Source: Amphiscolops sp. MND2022 | Taxonomy: Eukaryota | NCBI GenBank assembly: GCA_964187785.1 | Contig: OZ076409.1 | Location: forward strand, 79,362,001 to 79,426,000 | Length of the DNA: 64,000 bases | Direction of reading: 5' to 3' | In this document: positions 50,201-63,399 of the stretch, piece after piece | Layout of the letters: each line of letters starts with the position of its first letter | Numbering within the stretch: position 1 is the stretch's first letter | Position numbers and translations under genes: made by a program | The notes under the pieces: model-generated | What the model saw: only the letters and a program-made list of their open reading frames with translations | What the model was told of the DNA's origin: nothing | Database searches by the model: none

Positions 50201-51459
50201 AATGCTTCAAAGGTTTGGAATTTTGGTTTTGTTTCCGAATCAGCGCCGATAAAGCAAATGTTCTGCAGCTAACTAAAAAACTCCAACAATTAGCGTCAAA
50301 ATTTAGGTTTTGTAACTCTGAAGCATTTGATGTTGTTGTCGTATGACAGTGATCGTTGGAAAATGCTCGATAATATCTGCGAAAATTTGCGTAAATCTTG
50401 AAAAAATTGGACGCAAAACGCGTGATGTAGAAGCGTGAAATTCACTAGTCTTCCAGCTCAAAGGTCTTCAGCGTGAACTTTTTCGAAGCCTTTTATGATC
50501 TTAGTACGACATCAACTTGATCATAGAAAGAAATGTCACTATTGTGGCTAAGATTTTGGTGTGGCCGCAAACACTATCGTGCCACATGCCGGCGCGACAC
50601 CGTTCTAAACCAATCTAGAGTTCATCAGCTAAATGAGGGCAAGAATTTAAACGATTTTTCACGTTGTTATCATTGACGTAAATCAAATTCATGATGAAGC
50701 CGGCCATGTGAATAAAAAACCTAATCGATTTTCTGTCTCTTTTTTTCCAACAACTTCCCATCTGGATTCCAGATTAGTCCACGAATGTGAAATTGAGCCT
50801 TCTAAAGAAATACCTGAATTTACATAATTGTATTAATTTTAAGCGCTAGACAGAAATGTTCGTCGGTGTTTCTGAACCTTTCGGCGAATGTTATGAAATG
50901 AATTTGTTCAGGGACACCATAGAAATTATTCAAATCACAATGTTGCCATTATATATTCATTATCACGCGCTAATACTAGAATATTTAATTTTTGAAACTA
51001 AATTAAAAGAGGTTGTCCAATCGAACTTTTGAATTTGAAATAAATATTTTGGCGGGCTTAACAGCATGTATGGGATACTAACTTCGATGACTTGGATTTC
51101 AAAAACATCGAAAGTATGTTGGACTCTTTTCAGCCGATCATGCTGAATCTTCAGTTCTTGCTTTCAGGACCAGTTTATGCGTGAAGAAGCAGCGCTAGTT
51201 CTTTTTGTACATACATTCTGGACAGGGACCGTAGTTTTGCGCGCAAACTATTGCATAAGTATAGGCTCATTCTTGTGCTCAACTATGACAGATAAAAGAA
51301 AAATTATGCAGTTTTAGAGGCTCTTGTTCACTATCTGGAAAGTATGCTCGTCCGCAAGAAAGTATTCTGGTCATTTCTAACAAAAGAGACTGGCATCTAC
51401 ATGTAACGGCAAGCAGTTATCGGTCGCTTAACGCGTTGACAGAGGTGGAGGAACCTGCA

Positions 51460-52120
51460 GGAATGGGTGAATCGCTCGGGACAGGCGCCCATCGCCACAG
51501 ATCCATTTTGCCTCCAGGGGTGAAATACGTCCCGGGGCCGCGGGTGCTTCGACGAATACTGTCCAACCGGTCCTAGTCTTTGATTGCTAATAGTAACGGG
51601 CATCTTTCTGACTCTCTAAAGACCACCGCTTAACTAGCATATAAAAACAATGCCAAAAATAGGGTAAATTTCCAGTTCCAGGGTGACATGTGAACAAGAT
51701 CTAAAATTGGGGAATAAGATCTAAACTAGCGCTAACGCTACTGAATACAGCCAAAATCACTGAAAATACATGAAAACAGGCACGAATATGGCAAACCACA
51801 CAGCTAAAAAGCTGGGGCGCAGGGGCTCCAAGCACCAAACAAGGATCTTTAGGCGAAAAGACTCATTTTTACGGTTTCCACTACATAGGGTAGTATAATG
51901 CTGAAAATCGATAAAACCGGTGTTAGCACCTCAAAAAGAGTCTATTTTCGGTCGTTCTTGCCGTCTCTGGCTTCTGTCATGGCGGCGCGCCCGTATTTTT
52001 GCTCGTTCTTGCTCTTTGTTGTCGAAGTACCTGCCAATTTCGTGGAAACAGCGAAAAGAGCAATCACATGCTCAGTGCCACGTCACACATCGGATTAGAA
52101 TTTTTGACAAAATTTCTGAA
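51460..52120. repeat. Dispersed repeat related to the sequence flanking the large gypsy insertion (~4160-4361 plus 29314-29700)
   Basis: Shared blocks acgggcat, ccacacagctaa, aagcaccaaacaa, gaaaagactca and gaaacagcgaaaagagcaat in the same order; boundaries approximate. Confidence 0.6.
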
Positions 52121-53283
52121 CATGTCAAAGTTGCAAAATCGGTTGATATTGCTGTACCAGAGCTTGCCGTTACATCACTCCCCGGGCTTTATGCATGACG
52201 TCCCTGTCATGCGGAGAGGCTGGCATTGAATACATCGCCACATCACGAGTGCAATCCACGGGGGTCTCAAGCTGGTGATGTTGCAACGGTCCAGTGGCAC
52301 TGTCATCTTTTGCTGATTGGGCAACTGCTTGGGTCTTGCCATCCAGAGAGCCTGCATCGTCCACAAACTGTTGAAACAGAGCTAGCTCGAGAGCTAGAAA
52401 ACCAGTACTCAAAAATACACCTTGAAATTGATCAAATCCAAGATTCCATACATCAATCAAAAAAGCACCACTTTTTTAGCACGAGTTTTCTGCAAAAATC
52501 TGAATAGGATCCTGCTAGCACTTTGGTTTTTGGACGTCTAAAATTTCTTTTACGGAGCGCTCACGCTCCAAGGCACACGTGGTTTTCAGCAAAAACATCT
52601 TTTCCACGGCAATAAAACTTCAGTTTGCAGCACAGTTAAAAGTTCTTTTCGCTAAAACTTCTTTTCAGCAGTAAAACCACTGTTTAAAAGGAAGACAAGC
52701 TGTTTCTTTGATACTTTTTTTTTACAGTTCGGCTTGGTTTGGGCAACACGCACTGATGTGCAGCTCCATACCTGGATAGAGTTCAGTAGCATCTGTCAAG
52801 GAGCGCATCAGAAGCAAACTACGAACTGCTCCTAAGAGTAAGCACTGGAGTAAAGCAGACAAAGGTAGATCAAATCTTGCCATTTGCAGATCAGGAGCGC
52901 GCGCGCTCCTTATTTTTCCGGATATCACGTTGGAATCTGGAGGAAACTTCTGGAAATCTTGGAAAAGAAAAACAAAAACAGCACCTTTCGGGCGTAGCAA
53001 TACATGTAGAGTTTTTGGGTTATTTATTGCACTGGGGCTCCCCGGGCTTTAATCGTTGAGCACCTTCATTAAGATAAAGATAGCAATGACTAACAAAAAA
53101 TGCGAAGAAAAGGCAAGAGGATGGATTGGGCGTTGAAGACACCCCTTCCCCCCTTGAAAAGAAGTGGAGTGTGGTTCTGGCAATTGATTTCAACGCATGC
53201 TACCAGAAGGTAACAAGCAACGCGTATTAAGCATGAGAAACCAAGATAGCAGATAGAAATTTAACAAAAAAATTACGTTGAAG

Positions 53284-55737
53284 CTAAGTGATGCCAGGAA
53301 ATTGTTCAATACTGGCAATGGAGACATAGACGCGATCATGCAGAAATACAGTAATATCAGTTCCTGCAAAAACGTCCATGACACTATGATAAAAATTGTC
53401 CAAACTGCGAAGTGGGCGTTCAGGGTCCACTATGGGGAAATGAATATCAGGGGTTTCGTTGGACAATAATGAAGCTTTCAAGTGCTCCAAGCATAAGACA
53501 AAGTCATCGGTGATTTGTGGTGAACGCTGGGAGGGGCGTGTTATCATTAGGTGAATAACTTGATTATCCATAAAAGACAATGAGGATGGGATAGTTAGGA
53601 CTTCACCAACTGTTGGGCGAAGTTGGAATACTTTGTCGCTGCCACACTCACGAAGAATGTAGCGCAAGGCAGCAGAATTGGTATTAAGGTCTACAGGGCA
53701 GCAAATTGCTACGTGGCCCTGCACCTGCAAGAAATCAGTTTGGTCGTAAACAATGTAGTCGACCAAATTTGGTCGTAGGGCACCAGGAAACACAATCTGA
53801 CGTCCGGGACCTTTTTCATCAGCTGGGTCTATATGGTTCTGTCCACGAATAGCAGATAGATCCTGCCATACGGACCTCGACAGAGACTGATTATCCACAT
53901 TTGCTGTTGACCATGAATCCAGGGTACCAAGTGCAGTGTGGATCGTTACAGGCTCGGTAAAGGAACGGGTCCAATCATCCAAAAGGCGGATGCGAGGGAA
54001 GCTGGCGAACAAAGTGATAATCAGCTCTAGCCACCATCGGAACCGTAGTTTTCCACGATAAAGATCAACGATGTGGAAGCACAAAATGAGTTCCTCAGTG
54101 ACAACAGTCCGCAAACTCTCTAGACAGCTCCGCAAGCTGTCAGGCTGGACCAAAGAGTGTGCATGTGGGGCAGTTACAAGCAACCACTAATATTGGGCTG
54201 GGCGATACACTTCACCAGGCTGACCGGTGATGCCGTATTTGTCAGATAGGAGGTCAGCGGTGATACAGCGGACCATTTGGATGGGTTCCCTCTCATAATT
54301 GAAAGGTCCAAATACAATGTTAGGAGTGACAGGAAGCACTGTGACGGCAAGTGTGAATTCCAATCCACGGAGATCGCTTGTCCACTCCTTGAAGCAAGCA
54401 CAAGGTTCCTCAGCAATCTTGGATTTAGACAATTCTTCCAGCACGACGTCTACAGGGAAGATACGTTCTCTTTCTAGTCCGGTGTATGTATTCTCTGCGC
54501 GGATGACAACGCGACTGACAAGAAGCTTACCACTGTGGATAAAAGGTTGAGGCTTTGGATCCACCGGAACTTTCACAGGTCCAAGTGGGATAGTGGGCGA
54601 TTTGTTCAGAGCCATAACACAAGTGCAATCGCGGAACCCACAGGTTCCACATCGATATCGAGGTACTCGATTCCGGCGTAAGCCATAGTGTGGGTTAACC
54701 TGCGTTGCGCCTTGGTCAACATCGGATGTAAGCTGAGCGGTGGGCGCATCAGAGTCAGAATCGGATGTAACTGATGGCTGTGTGTCATTTTCACGAGCTG
54801 TTTGCCGTGAAGAAATAGTGTGTCCTCGTGGCCTCCGAGGAGGTCGTCCTCGAGGACGTCCTCTGCGACTGGGAGTCCTTTGAGCGCGCACGCTCACGTT
54901 CTGCGACCGGGAATTTGTTGCTCGTGTCGAACAACGAGATAGAGCAGCTCGCGATCTGCCTTTGCCGCGCGTGCTAGGGACATTGTTCCGAGCAGTTGGC
55001 TCGTTGGTGTTGGATAACTCGGTGTCACGGGTTTCAGTGTTTTGGAGGTTGGAGGTACCATTCGGCAATTGGGGAATACTAATAGGCACATCCGTCAATG
55101 TAGGATTTGTCAACAGAGGAGCAGATGTACCCGCTAGTGATACTTCGGCTTCTCCAGTTGCAACGGGAATATCTTGCGATCGAGGTACTTCCGGAATAAC
55201 TTCAGATTCGGATAAAAACGGAAGCTCGTAGTCATTGGCAGGTTCAAATGACCGAGGTTGATCATCGGGAGGCATTGAAGCTTCGAATAGCGCCGGAGGT
55301 TCTTCCTGGGGATGATCTCGGGCATCTGACAGCAAGTCGTCAGAGCGCGAACGCTCTGAGTCGGAACTGGAATAGTCAAATTGCTGATAGTGGAGACGAC
55401 TGCCTCCAGCTCGCATTCTAGTACGCAACCTGGTGTCCATCCAGTGGCGTCTCCTTGATGGTAGCGATACATCTGATGCTTCAGAGAGCGGTTCTTCCTC
55501 GCGATATGAGGGTTGTGAGCAGTCATCTCGGATCTCCTCAGCAGAGTGCTCAGGCTCAGGATCCATGACAACGACCACTTCGCCACTCCCCGAGGGAAGC
55601 GCAACAAACTCCGTAGGGCCACCATGATGAGGTTTCAGCCGCTCAAAGTGCACTTTTTGTCCTGAGTCCAGGATATACACGCGGCCATCTTGTAGTACAT
55701 GGACAACCTTGTGCGGACCACGCCAAGCTCTCATCAA
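53284..55737 (-). pseudogene. Pol C-terminal extension: GPH motif, disordered linker with AT-hook-like motifs, Cys cluster, two TARG1/OARD1-like macrodomains
   Basis: ORFs 55737-54187 and 54183-53284 are in the same frame, separated by one TAG. RRGRPRGRP; CGTCGFRDCTC; macro-like patterns VAICCPVDL..VGEV..HLMIT..CLEHLK..DVFAGTDITVFL and MVRCITADL..PGEV..LLVT..SCLESLR. Confidence 0.65.
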
Positions 55738-55769
55738 CTTCGGTGATCCTTTTTGAGGTCAGAATACAT

Positions 55770-58700
55770 ACGGATACATAGCGGCAGAATACCCAAACGG
55801 GGTCTCCCACATTGTATGCGTTTGCACGAATAGCTCGATCATATTTTAGCTTTTGACGTTGTTGCGCCTGATGCGTGTTTCTACGCACCAAGTCATGAAT
55901 CTCTTGCTGGCGAGCAAGAATATGCTCCACAAAAGCTCCATGCGATTCAAATGATCTGGCTCCGAACTCCGGATACAGATAGGTGAGAGGAATAGCCTTT
56001 TCGGTCCCTCGGGTCAGCATGTAGGGTGAAAATCCAGTCGTGGCGTGGCGCGTTGAGTTATACGCTCCCATGACTTCATCCAAATGCTGGTCCCAATCTC
56101 TCATGCGACGCGAGCAAAATACCCGCAACAAAGTCAGCAAAGTCCGATTTTGTCGTTCAACCAGGCCTTGGGTGCGCGGATGACCCGCCGTAGAGGTAAC
56201 GTTTGTGACCTGAGATGCCCTCATGAACTGATTGGATACCTCTGCGGTCAAGTTGGGGGCATTGTCTGATTGCATCCGCGTAGGCGTGCCGTGTCTGGCA
56301 AACCATTCCTGCAAAAGCAACCTAGACGTGGTCACGGCATCGTAGTCTTCATGGCTGCAAGGTACAGCCTCCGCAAACTTGGAGAAATGGTCAATTATCA
56401 CCAATATGCCGGTGTTATTGTTATCGGAGGGGCATATTTTCAGATGGTCATATTGGACCAACTCATTGAAATACCCACTTTGGATATTTTTCAAGTGAAA
56501 CCGAACGTCACCCGGCCTGTCACGTACTTGCTGGCACGTGAGGCACTGACTCACGTACTGACCAACGCTGCGGCGAATACCTGGCCAGGTGTGGCGTTCT
56601 TGGATTCGCGAAACCACCTTTGCAATGCCTTGGTGGCCCATGGCATCATGAGCACGAAACAAAATTTCATGCTGGTACAATTGTGGCATTACAATCATGC
56701 ACGGACGTTCGTGCAGTGGACGTTGCTGAGGTGGATACTCAACACAAAGAATTCCATTTTGGTTCACAAACAGGAGATCTTTTTTCTGCTTGTAATAGTT
56801 ACGTGCGAACGCACGCACGTCGTCAGGAAAAATGTCATGATCAATAGACTCTTGTGCTACCAACTTCTTTATGGCTAGCACATGCACATCACGATTCTGC
56901 GCCAAAAGCAGATCCTTGATGCCATGCACCGTGTTGGCATGTTCATGAAGTTCCGTGTCTATGTCTTTGATGGCTAGGGCAGCTTGCCTAACCACCGTTG
57001 GAGCGGAAGCCATGGCTTGCTCCACTGTTTCGTCAAGGGCATATGTCATGCGTGAGGGGATATTTGCCACATGTGTAGGCAGAAAGTAATCTTGCCTAGC
57101 CTCTTCAGTGACGTCAATCCAGTCCTCAGGATAATCTGTATAGAAGTCTTCGTGAGCTTGCAATGTAGGCACTGGTGCCTCAAGTAGAGGAGCGCGTAGC
57201 GCCCTCTCCCTTTTCTCAGCGGCCTGACGGCGCTTACGCCGTCGTGCAACACGACAAACTGCATTTGTGGGGTCTGGTTTAGTGTTCCGCAAGTGAGCGG
57301 GCAATTGGGGGTGATTGGGTATCACCCGACCATGCAAATCGAACCAAGGTGCAATGGGCAGCTGGTCAAACTCCTCCTGTGAGAGGAAATTCCATTTGTC
57401 TGTCACAGCTGGCAGCTTCTCGAGCTGCTTCTCTCGCCACCGATAATCATTGGCTCGTTTACTGAGGCCATCGGCATTCCTATGCTGTGTCCTGGGACGA
57501 TGCTCCACTTTGAAATGGTACTTCTCGAGTGCCATAATCCATAGTCCAATCAAGGCCTGATCAGTGGAATACGTTTTGAGCCAAGAGAGAGCTTGATTGT
57601 CAACCCGAAGGATGAACTTTCTGGAGCAGAGATAACTGTGATTCTTCAAGATGAAATAATAAGCTGCGTACATTTCAAGCTTGGGAGCGCCATACTTCGC
57701 TTGAGTGGCATTCAACTTCTTGCTACCATACACAATTGGTCTCAGGCGCTTTTCGCCCGGAGGACCCTGCCACTGATGCAAAATGCCGGAAATTGCAACA
57801 GCACTGGCATCAGTGTCCAGCACAAATTCGCCCTCCGAGTCCGGTTGCGCCAAGGCAGTTGCCTCAATCAAAGCCAATTTGACGGCGTTGAAAGCCTGTT
57901 GCTGCTCATCCCCCCAGACGAAAGTTGCGCCCAGGCCGGTAATAGCATGCAAGGGGGCCACAAGCTTGGCATGCCAGGGAATGAACTCTCGATAATAGTT
58001 GGCGAAGCCCAAAAAGCTCTGCATCTCCGTTTTGTTCCTCGGTACTTCCCAATCGCGTAGTTTTGCCACTGCTTTAGGATCAGGTTTGATACCTTCGGCA
58101 GAGACCACACGTCCCAGGTACTTGATTTCCGACTTCATAAAGTCGCACTTAGCGACTCTCATTTTGAAGCCAGCTTCGCGCAGACATTCAAATACCTCGC
58201 GTAAGCGTACCATGTGGTCCTCGACTGTCTCGGTAGCAATGACGATGTCGTCAATGTACGCCATCACCATGCTTCCTTCCCGGTTCACAATTTTCCGTAG
58301 CGCTCGCGCTATGGCTCGCTGGAAAGTAGCTGAAGCGTTACACATCCCAAAGGGCATACGTCTCCACTCAAACAAACCCAGCTCGCAAGCAAAGGCCGTT
58401 TTCTGCCTATCTGCTTTGCGCACTGGTATCTGCCAGAAAGCCCTGGCCAAGTCAATACTGGTGTAAATCTTGGCCTTACCCAAGCGTGAAAGGCTTTCAT
58501 CGTTGCGTGGGAGGGGATACGCGTCCTTTATTGTGACAGCGTTGAGGGGGCGAAAGTCGCAGCAGAACCGCAACTCCCCATTTTTCTTTTTTACCATCAA
58601 AATTCCACTCGCCCAAGGTGATAGCGAAGGTTGGATCATGCCCAAAGCCAGGAGATTGCGTACTTCTTGATTAGCGCGCTCCGCCTTGCCAGGCGACATT

Positions 58701-60556
58701 CTTCTCGCGCCTTCACGGTGCGGTGTAGCCCCAGGCTCCAACTCAACAGGATGCTTGGCTATTGTGCAGCGACCAATGTCTGCTTTGTGCTTCATGAATA
58801 GGTCATCAAATTCCGTAAGGATGTTGTTCAGCGAGTCGCGGGCAGTCTTCCCCCACAACTTTTGTACCTCCTCTAACTGAGATTCGGGTCCAGGAATAGG
58901 GGCCAAGAGATCAGGGTCAGTGCGCTTTCTGATCTCGCGCTCTGACAACCCCTCCTCCGATGGGTCTGTAGAGTAGAGAAACTCGAACTCCGACGACGAC
59001 GAACATTTTGAATGCGAGTTCAGGTCCATTTCAGAATAGACCTTGTTGACGAACTCGTTTGGGGAGTCCGACTTTTCGTCACTCTCGCCTTTGTGCGCTA
59101 GCGCACATTGGGGGACTGCTTGGTAGACTAGGCGTACTGGCGCAGCAGTACCAAGCATGGTGCCGCACTTCACTTTCTGGTCATTGCTTGTCAGATTGCC
59201 AACAGAGACATAGAACGAACCTGTCTCTTCAACAGTGGCTATAGTGTCTTCCACGAATATAGTGTTCTTCAGCAATCGGTTCGGTGTTGCAAAGTTAATC
59301 ACAACATTACTGAAAGCAAAAGCTTCCAAGTTCGAAGTGACCACCTTGGCACGTAGAACAGCACGCTCGAATGGCTGTAGCACTACGTCTTGATCCAAAA
59401 CTACTGTACTGGATAAAGTTTCATCGCTCGTCTGGGCGTGTGCGTGATGCCACACGGGCTTAGCCGGGGCTCGCACCACTATTTTCGTGGCGGTCAGATC
59501 TACGAGCACGTTGTATGCTCGCAGAAAACTCCTACCCAGCAAGAAATCTTCCAAGCCATGTGCGTCATCAACGACCACGAAATTTGTTTCGAGTTCATAT
59601 CCACCAAGTTGGAAGCCCACATGCTCCGCTATTCCGAACGTTTTCATCGTCTTCCCATTAGCAGCATACAAGTCGATTCGATAAGGTTGTAGCGCTACAC
59701 CTGTCCGCAAGGCTACACGGTTGAAGGCTGAGAAACTCATGATTGATACGCCTGAACCCGTGTCGACCATTCCTCTCAGTGGAATAGGGTTGGCATCTGG
59801 CACTGCAAAAGATACTACGAGCGACGCACGCTCATCTATGCGGGCCTCACCTGTGGGCTCCTGCTTGCTGATGCTATAGCAGCGTAATTCATGTGGCCCT
59901 AGACACACTCCTTGAGGGAACACATCTACTACCACGCTAGCATCAAATTTCATGTCCACGCCATCTATGTTGGCATGCACAGGAACTGTGGTGTATGCCG
60001 TGCACGTACTAGCTTCGCCTTCAGTATACCATTCTTTTGGCAGTGGTAAGGAGATCTTTTTGACAGTCGAATTGCTAGCTAACTCCAGCTTCAATTTTTC
60101 CAAGGTCAAATCTGGGCGTATTTGTTGCTCCGAGGCCAGCACTAGGTGTACAGACAATAAAGTCCGGCCACTAGGGTCAAACGTTGTGGACTCCAAACCT
60201 GTCTGCACCTGCTTTGTGCCACAGGTGACAGTCAATGGAGCATTTACGGTGGCTTGGTCAGCTGGGCGTAGCATTAATACCCTGCCAGAGGCAGTAGACA
60301 GGGTTTGCGTTGCATCCGTTTTCTTTTCTTCAGCCCTAGGGCTGGAAGTTTCTGACTGGATTGATAATGTTGGGCAACCTGCAGACACCTCAGTTGTGCA
60401 CGATTTCACTGGGACAGCAGGCGCTGGAACCGCTGCTGCAGCACATTGCTGGGACTCACTATGTGGGTCAAGAATATGCTCCGGGCGATGCACCACCAGC
60501 TTGCGTCTCGCGCAAGCACTCTGCAAGCAGCGCGCGGATTGCTCTAAGGTTGCGGT
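55770..60556 (-). pseudogene. pol: Pol (protease, RT, RNase H, integrase)
   Basis: MVDTGSG, IDLARAFWQ, AYIDD, LDTDAS, AHDAMGH..CLTC, QYD..SDNA..VERQN; frameshift near 55770. Confidence 0.92.
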
Positions 60557-61609
60557 CTATCTGTATTCAGGGGTTGTGTGTACTGACGCAGCCGGCATCG
60601 GCAATCGCGTCGACCGGCGTGCAAGGGGTGGCAGCGATTCATACTGCGGAGCCACTGGTGACCCCGGCACTTGGTCGCTCTGTAGGTACTGATAAGGTAC
60701 AGTCTCGGTGCACCCTGGGTCACGAGGCTGTTGTTGGTGACGACTCCTTTGGAGTTCCTGTACAGTGAACCGAAGTGATTCCACGGTAGGTGGGTCGGCT
60801 AGATACGCCTCAGTCGCAAACACTACCGTCAGTTCTCGTTGCAACACGGGATCGCTGACCCCATCCATGAACCGATGCAAGATTTCATAGCGTCGGGTTG
60901 TGATAGGCTCATCGGGAAAACCCTGACTCCTCAGACCCTCTAATGCATCTAGATACTGCATCAGGCCCTCTTTCTCAAGCTGATTCCGCAACCTGAAAGC
61001 CTGCCTCACTGGCCAGCGGTTACTCCCAGTCCCAAATCTGCTGGAGAGCAAGGTAGTCACCTTCTCGTGAGAATCCCGTTCGGACTCCGGTTTGTTGATT
61101 ATAAAACTCCGAGCTTCACCACCTAAGTGATCGATTATCGCCCAGGCCTTGTCGACAGGTGAAGCATTGGAATAAACTCGCTCCAAATACCGTTTCATCA
61201 CGAGCAACCACTCTTCAACAGTCCCGTCTTTCGAACCTCTGTATAAGGTTGGTCGAACAGCGGTTTGATCACGATTGGCAATCAAGGGAGCCAACGCTTT
61301 AGTTATAGTTTTGGATATCGCCTCCGTGAATTTCAACTGTTCGGGAGATATCAATTCATCTTTTGGGTCATCAGTACCATGATTGCTCTCGAGCAACCCA
61401 CCTCGATCCCTAGGCGACGTGTGAGCCATGCCCATGGTTGCGTTGTTCAAAGATATCGAGGCCGGTTCATCGATTGGTTGTGCTGCGCTGGTCCCCTCTC
61501 CCCCCTTCAAAAGGAAGCAGAGGCGTTGGAATTGTTCCGAAGGTTTCATTCCAGCGTTAGATGTAGCAGAATGTGGCTCAAAGGAGTCTTTCAGCAAACT
61601 CGGTAGCAA
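60557..61609 (-). CDS. gag: Gag-like ORF, in frame with pol and separated by one TAG; start uncertain
   Basis: YRGSKDGTVEEWL..IIDHLGGEA..LSSRFG..FRLRNQLEKE retrotransposon capsid-like pattern. Confidence 0.8.
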   Translation of the reverse strand: MLPSLLKDSFEPHSATSNAGMKPSEQFQRLCFLLKGGEGTSAAQPIDEPASISLNNATMGMAHTSPRDRGGLLESNHGTDDPKDELISPEQLKFTEAISKTITKALAPLIANRDQTAVRPTLYRGSKDGTVEEWLLVMKRYLERVYSNASPVDKAWAIIDHLGGEARSFIINKPESERDSHEKVTTLLSSRFGTGSNRWPVRQAFRLRNQLEKEGLMQYLDALEGLRSQGFPDEPITTRRYEILHRFMDGVSDPVLQRELTVVFATEAYLADPPTVESLRFTVQELQRSRHQQQPRDPGCTETVPYQYLQSDQVPGSPVAPQYESLPPLARRSTRLPMPAASVHTTPEYR

Positions 61610-62845
61610 CTTCGCCTCTCAACCTCGAGAGATTTGGGTATTTTGCAATTGCCCAAAAGAGTTCTCTGCAAATTTGGCGTAATATTCGGCGTTGGTGCTA
61701 CTCGATACAGCGAAATAACACAAAAATGAGGCACCAGAGTGTTCAAAAAGGTGTCACACTCGGGCAATCCGCTCAAATTTGTCGTCACTAGGAAGTTGCT
61801 CCTCCCAAAATCTTGTGATTTTGGCTAAGTCGGAACACTCAGGGTCTCTTTTGGATATCGAAAACCCTGCTCCAGGTAACTCCTAGAAATTTTCGTTTGG
61901 AAAATGTAGTCCAGAGTGCGTCGCAGGCACTTTAAAACTGCTGCCTTGAACTGTTCAGGATCAAATTTCAAAGTTCCAGAGGAGTCCAAAATTTATGACC
62001 CCTGCCGGCAATTTTTTTGAACCGTGGGAATTGCCTCGTTTGCACCCAGGAAGGTCTACTGGGTCCGTTCCGTTGGAAAATGAAGGCTTTTTGGGTCTGC
62101 CTCCTGTACAGCGGAAGTATTGAGGATTTACACTGATAGTTTTTCTGGCGTTTTCGGGATTTTCGTTCAAAACGTGTGTCTGAACAAAGTCAAATTCAGT
62201 TTTACCAATCGTATTGGGTACAAAATAACACAGCACGTTTCGTCAGCCACACAAGTCAGAAAAATAACCTTCCGTAGCTGATAATTGCCTCCAGCTTCAA
62301 GCTAGAGCCTTTTTCAACGATTTTTGGATTTTTCAATTTTTTTCGAAAATCACTCAGATGGCTTTTACAAGTGCTGAAAACGTGGTATCGGGCTCAAAAT
62401 TGGTCACGCGATCGCACGTACAGCCAGCTACACTACAAAAACAATCAATGAGAATTCAGACCACTGGGCAAGATTTAGATCTGATACTGAAGTTCCGTAT
62501 CACCGTGTCTCGATTGACACGATTTTTCACATGTAATCAAAGACTCTCGTCCACAGTGCTGAGCTCTCGAGCTCACTTTTTCAGCAACCGTGCACCAAAT
62601 GACACTAATAAGAATAGTCCAGGGCAATGTTATCCCAACTTTCCAATAAGGTGCGCCGACAGTTCCAAAAAATGATCCAATTCGTTACAATACACAGGAT
62701 ATCACAACTTCAAGTAACAAAATGCTATGATCCAGCAAGGCAGCCCACTCGATACTGATCAAATATCACACGCATAGCAATGAACGAACTACTGGGAGTT
62801 CAAACTAGGGGTTTTGACAGGTTTCCAACACGTAGAAAGGACTTT

Positions 62846-63045
62846 NNNNNNNNNNNNNNNNNNNNNNNNNNNNNNNNNNNNNNNNNNNNNNNNNNNNNNN
62901 NNNNNNNNNNNNNNNNNNNNNNNNNNNNNNNNNNNNNNNNNNNNNNNNNNNNNNNNNNNNNNNNNNNNNNNNNNNNNNNNNNNNNNNNNNNNNNNNNNNN
63001 NNNNNNNNNNNNNNNNNNNNNNNNNNNNNNNNNNNNNNNNNNNNN
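62846..63045. other. Assembly gap (200 N)
   Basis: Run of N. Confidence 1.
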
Positions 63046-63399
63046 TTTTGTATCTTACGATAAAAATGGAGTAACTGAAAGGGGGACCCTGTGCACTATC
63101 CTAAATGCGCTCCCCGTTTGCCGGTCCAGTAGTTTAGTACTGTAATTAGTAGTTGAACGTTAATTTTAACGTTCGTCGCTTTGAGTCTGTCTTTTAAAAA
63201 AAGAAAAAAAACGAGTGACTGTAATAGTCGGGCTCTTTTATTAATAAAAGCGCCGGCTAAAAATACAGATGATATCATCGATGGGGAAAAAGAACGAAAC
63301 GTTTGCATTCAGCGTTAAGAAGATGGATGTAAATGGATGAGGAGGAAAAACGTTGAATCAGTTGAGAATAACTGGTTGAACAAGTTGATGCTCGTTTGC

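Larger units (their letters stand above)
52150..62845 (-). mobile_element. Ty3/gypsy element with long post-integrase extension; LTRs incomplete (gap/truncation); left boundary approximate
   Basis: PPT AAGGGGGGAAGGGG then TG at 53141; candidate 5' LTR end (CA at 62600) followed by tt-TGGTGCACGG PBS; gag and PR-RT-RH-IN. Confidence 0.8.

Noticed and set aside
48780..51400. Possible decayed coding sequence (e.g. KCHYCG and WDTNFDDLDFKNIES fragments)
   Set aside because: No continuous frame, splice model or family motif that I can support.
52150..53141. Complete LTR pair and TSD for the third gypsy lineage
   Set aside because: The visible 5' LTR part (62600-62845) has no match here and is cut by the gap, so the boundaries cannot be confirmed.
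56084..60768. Plus-strand ORFs opposite pol
   Set aside because: Shadow ORFs of GC-balanced coding sequence without independent motifs.
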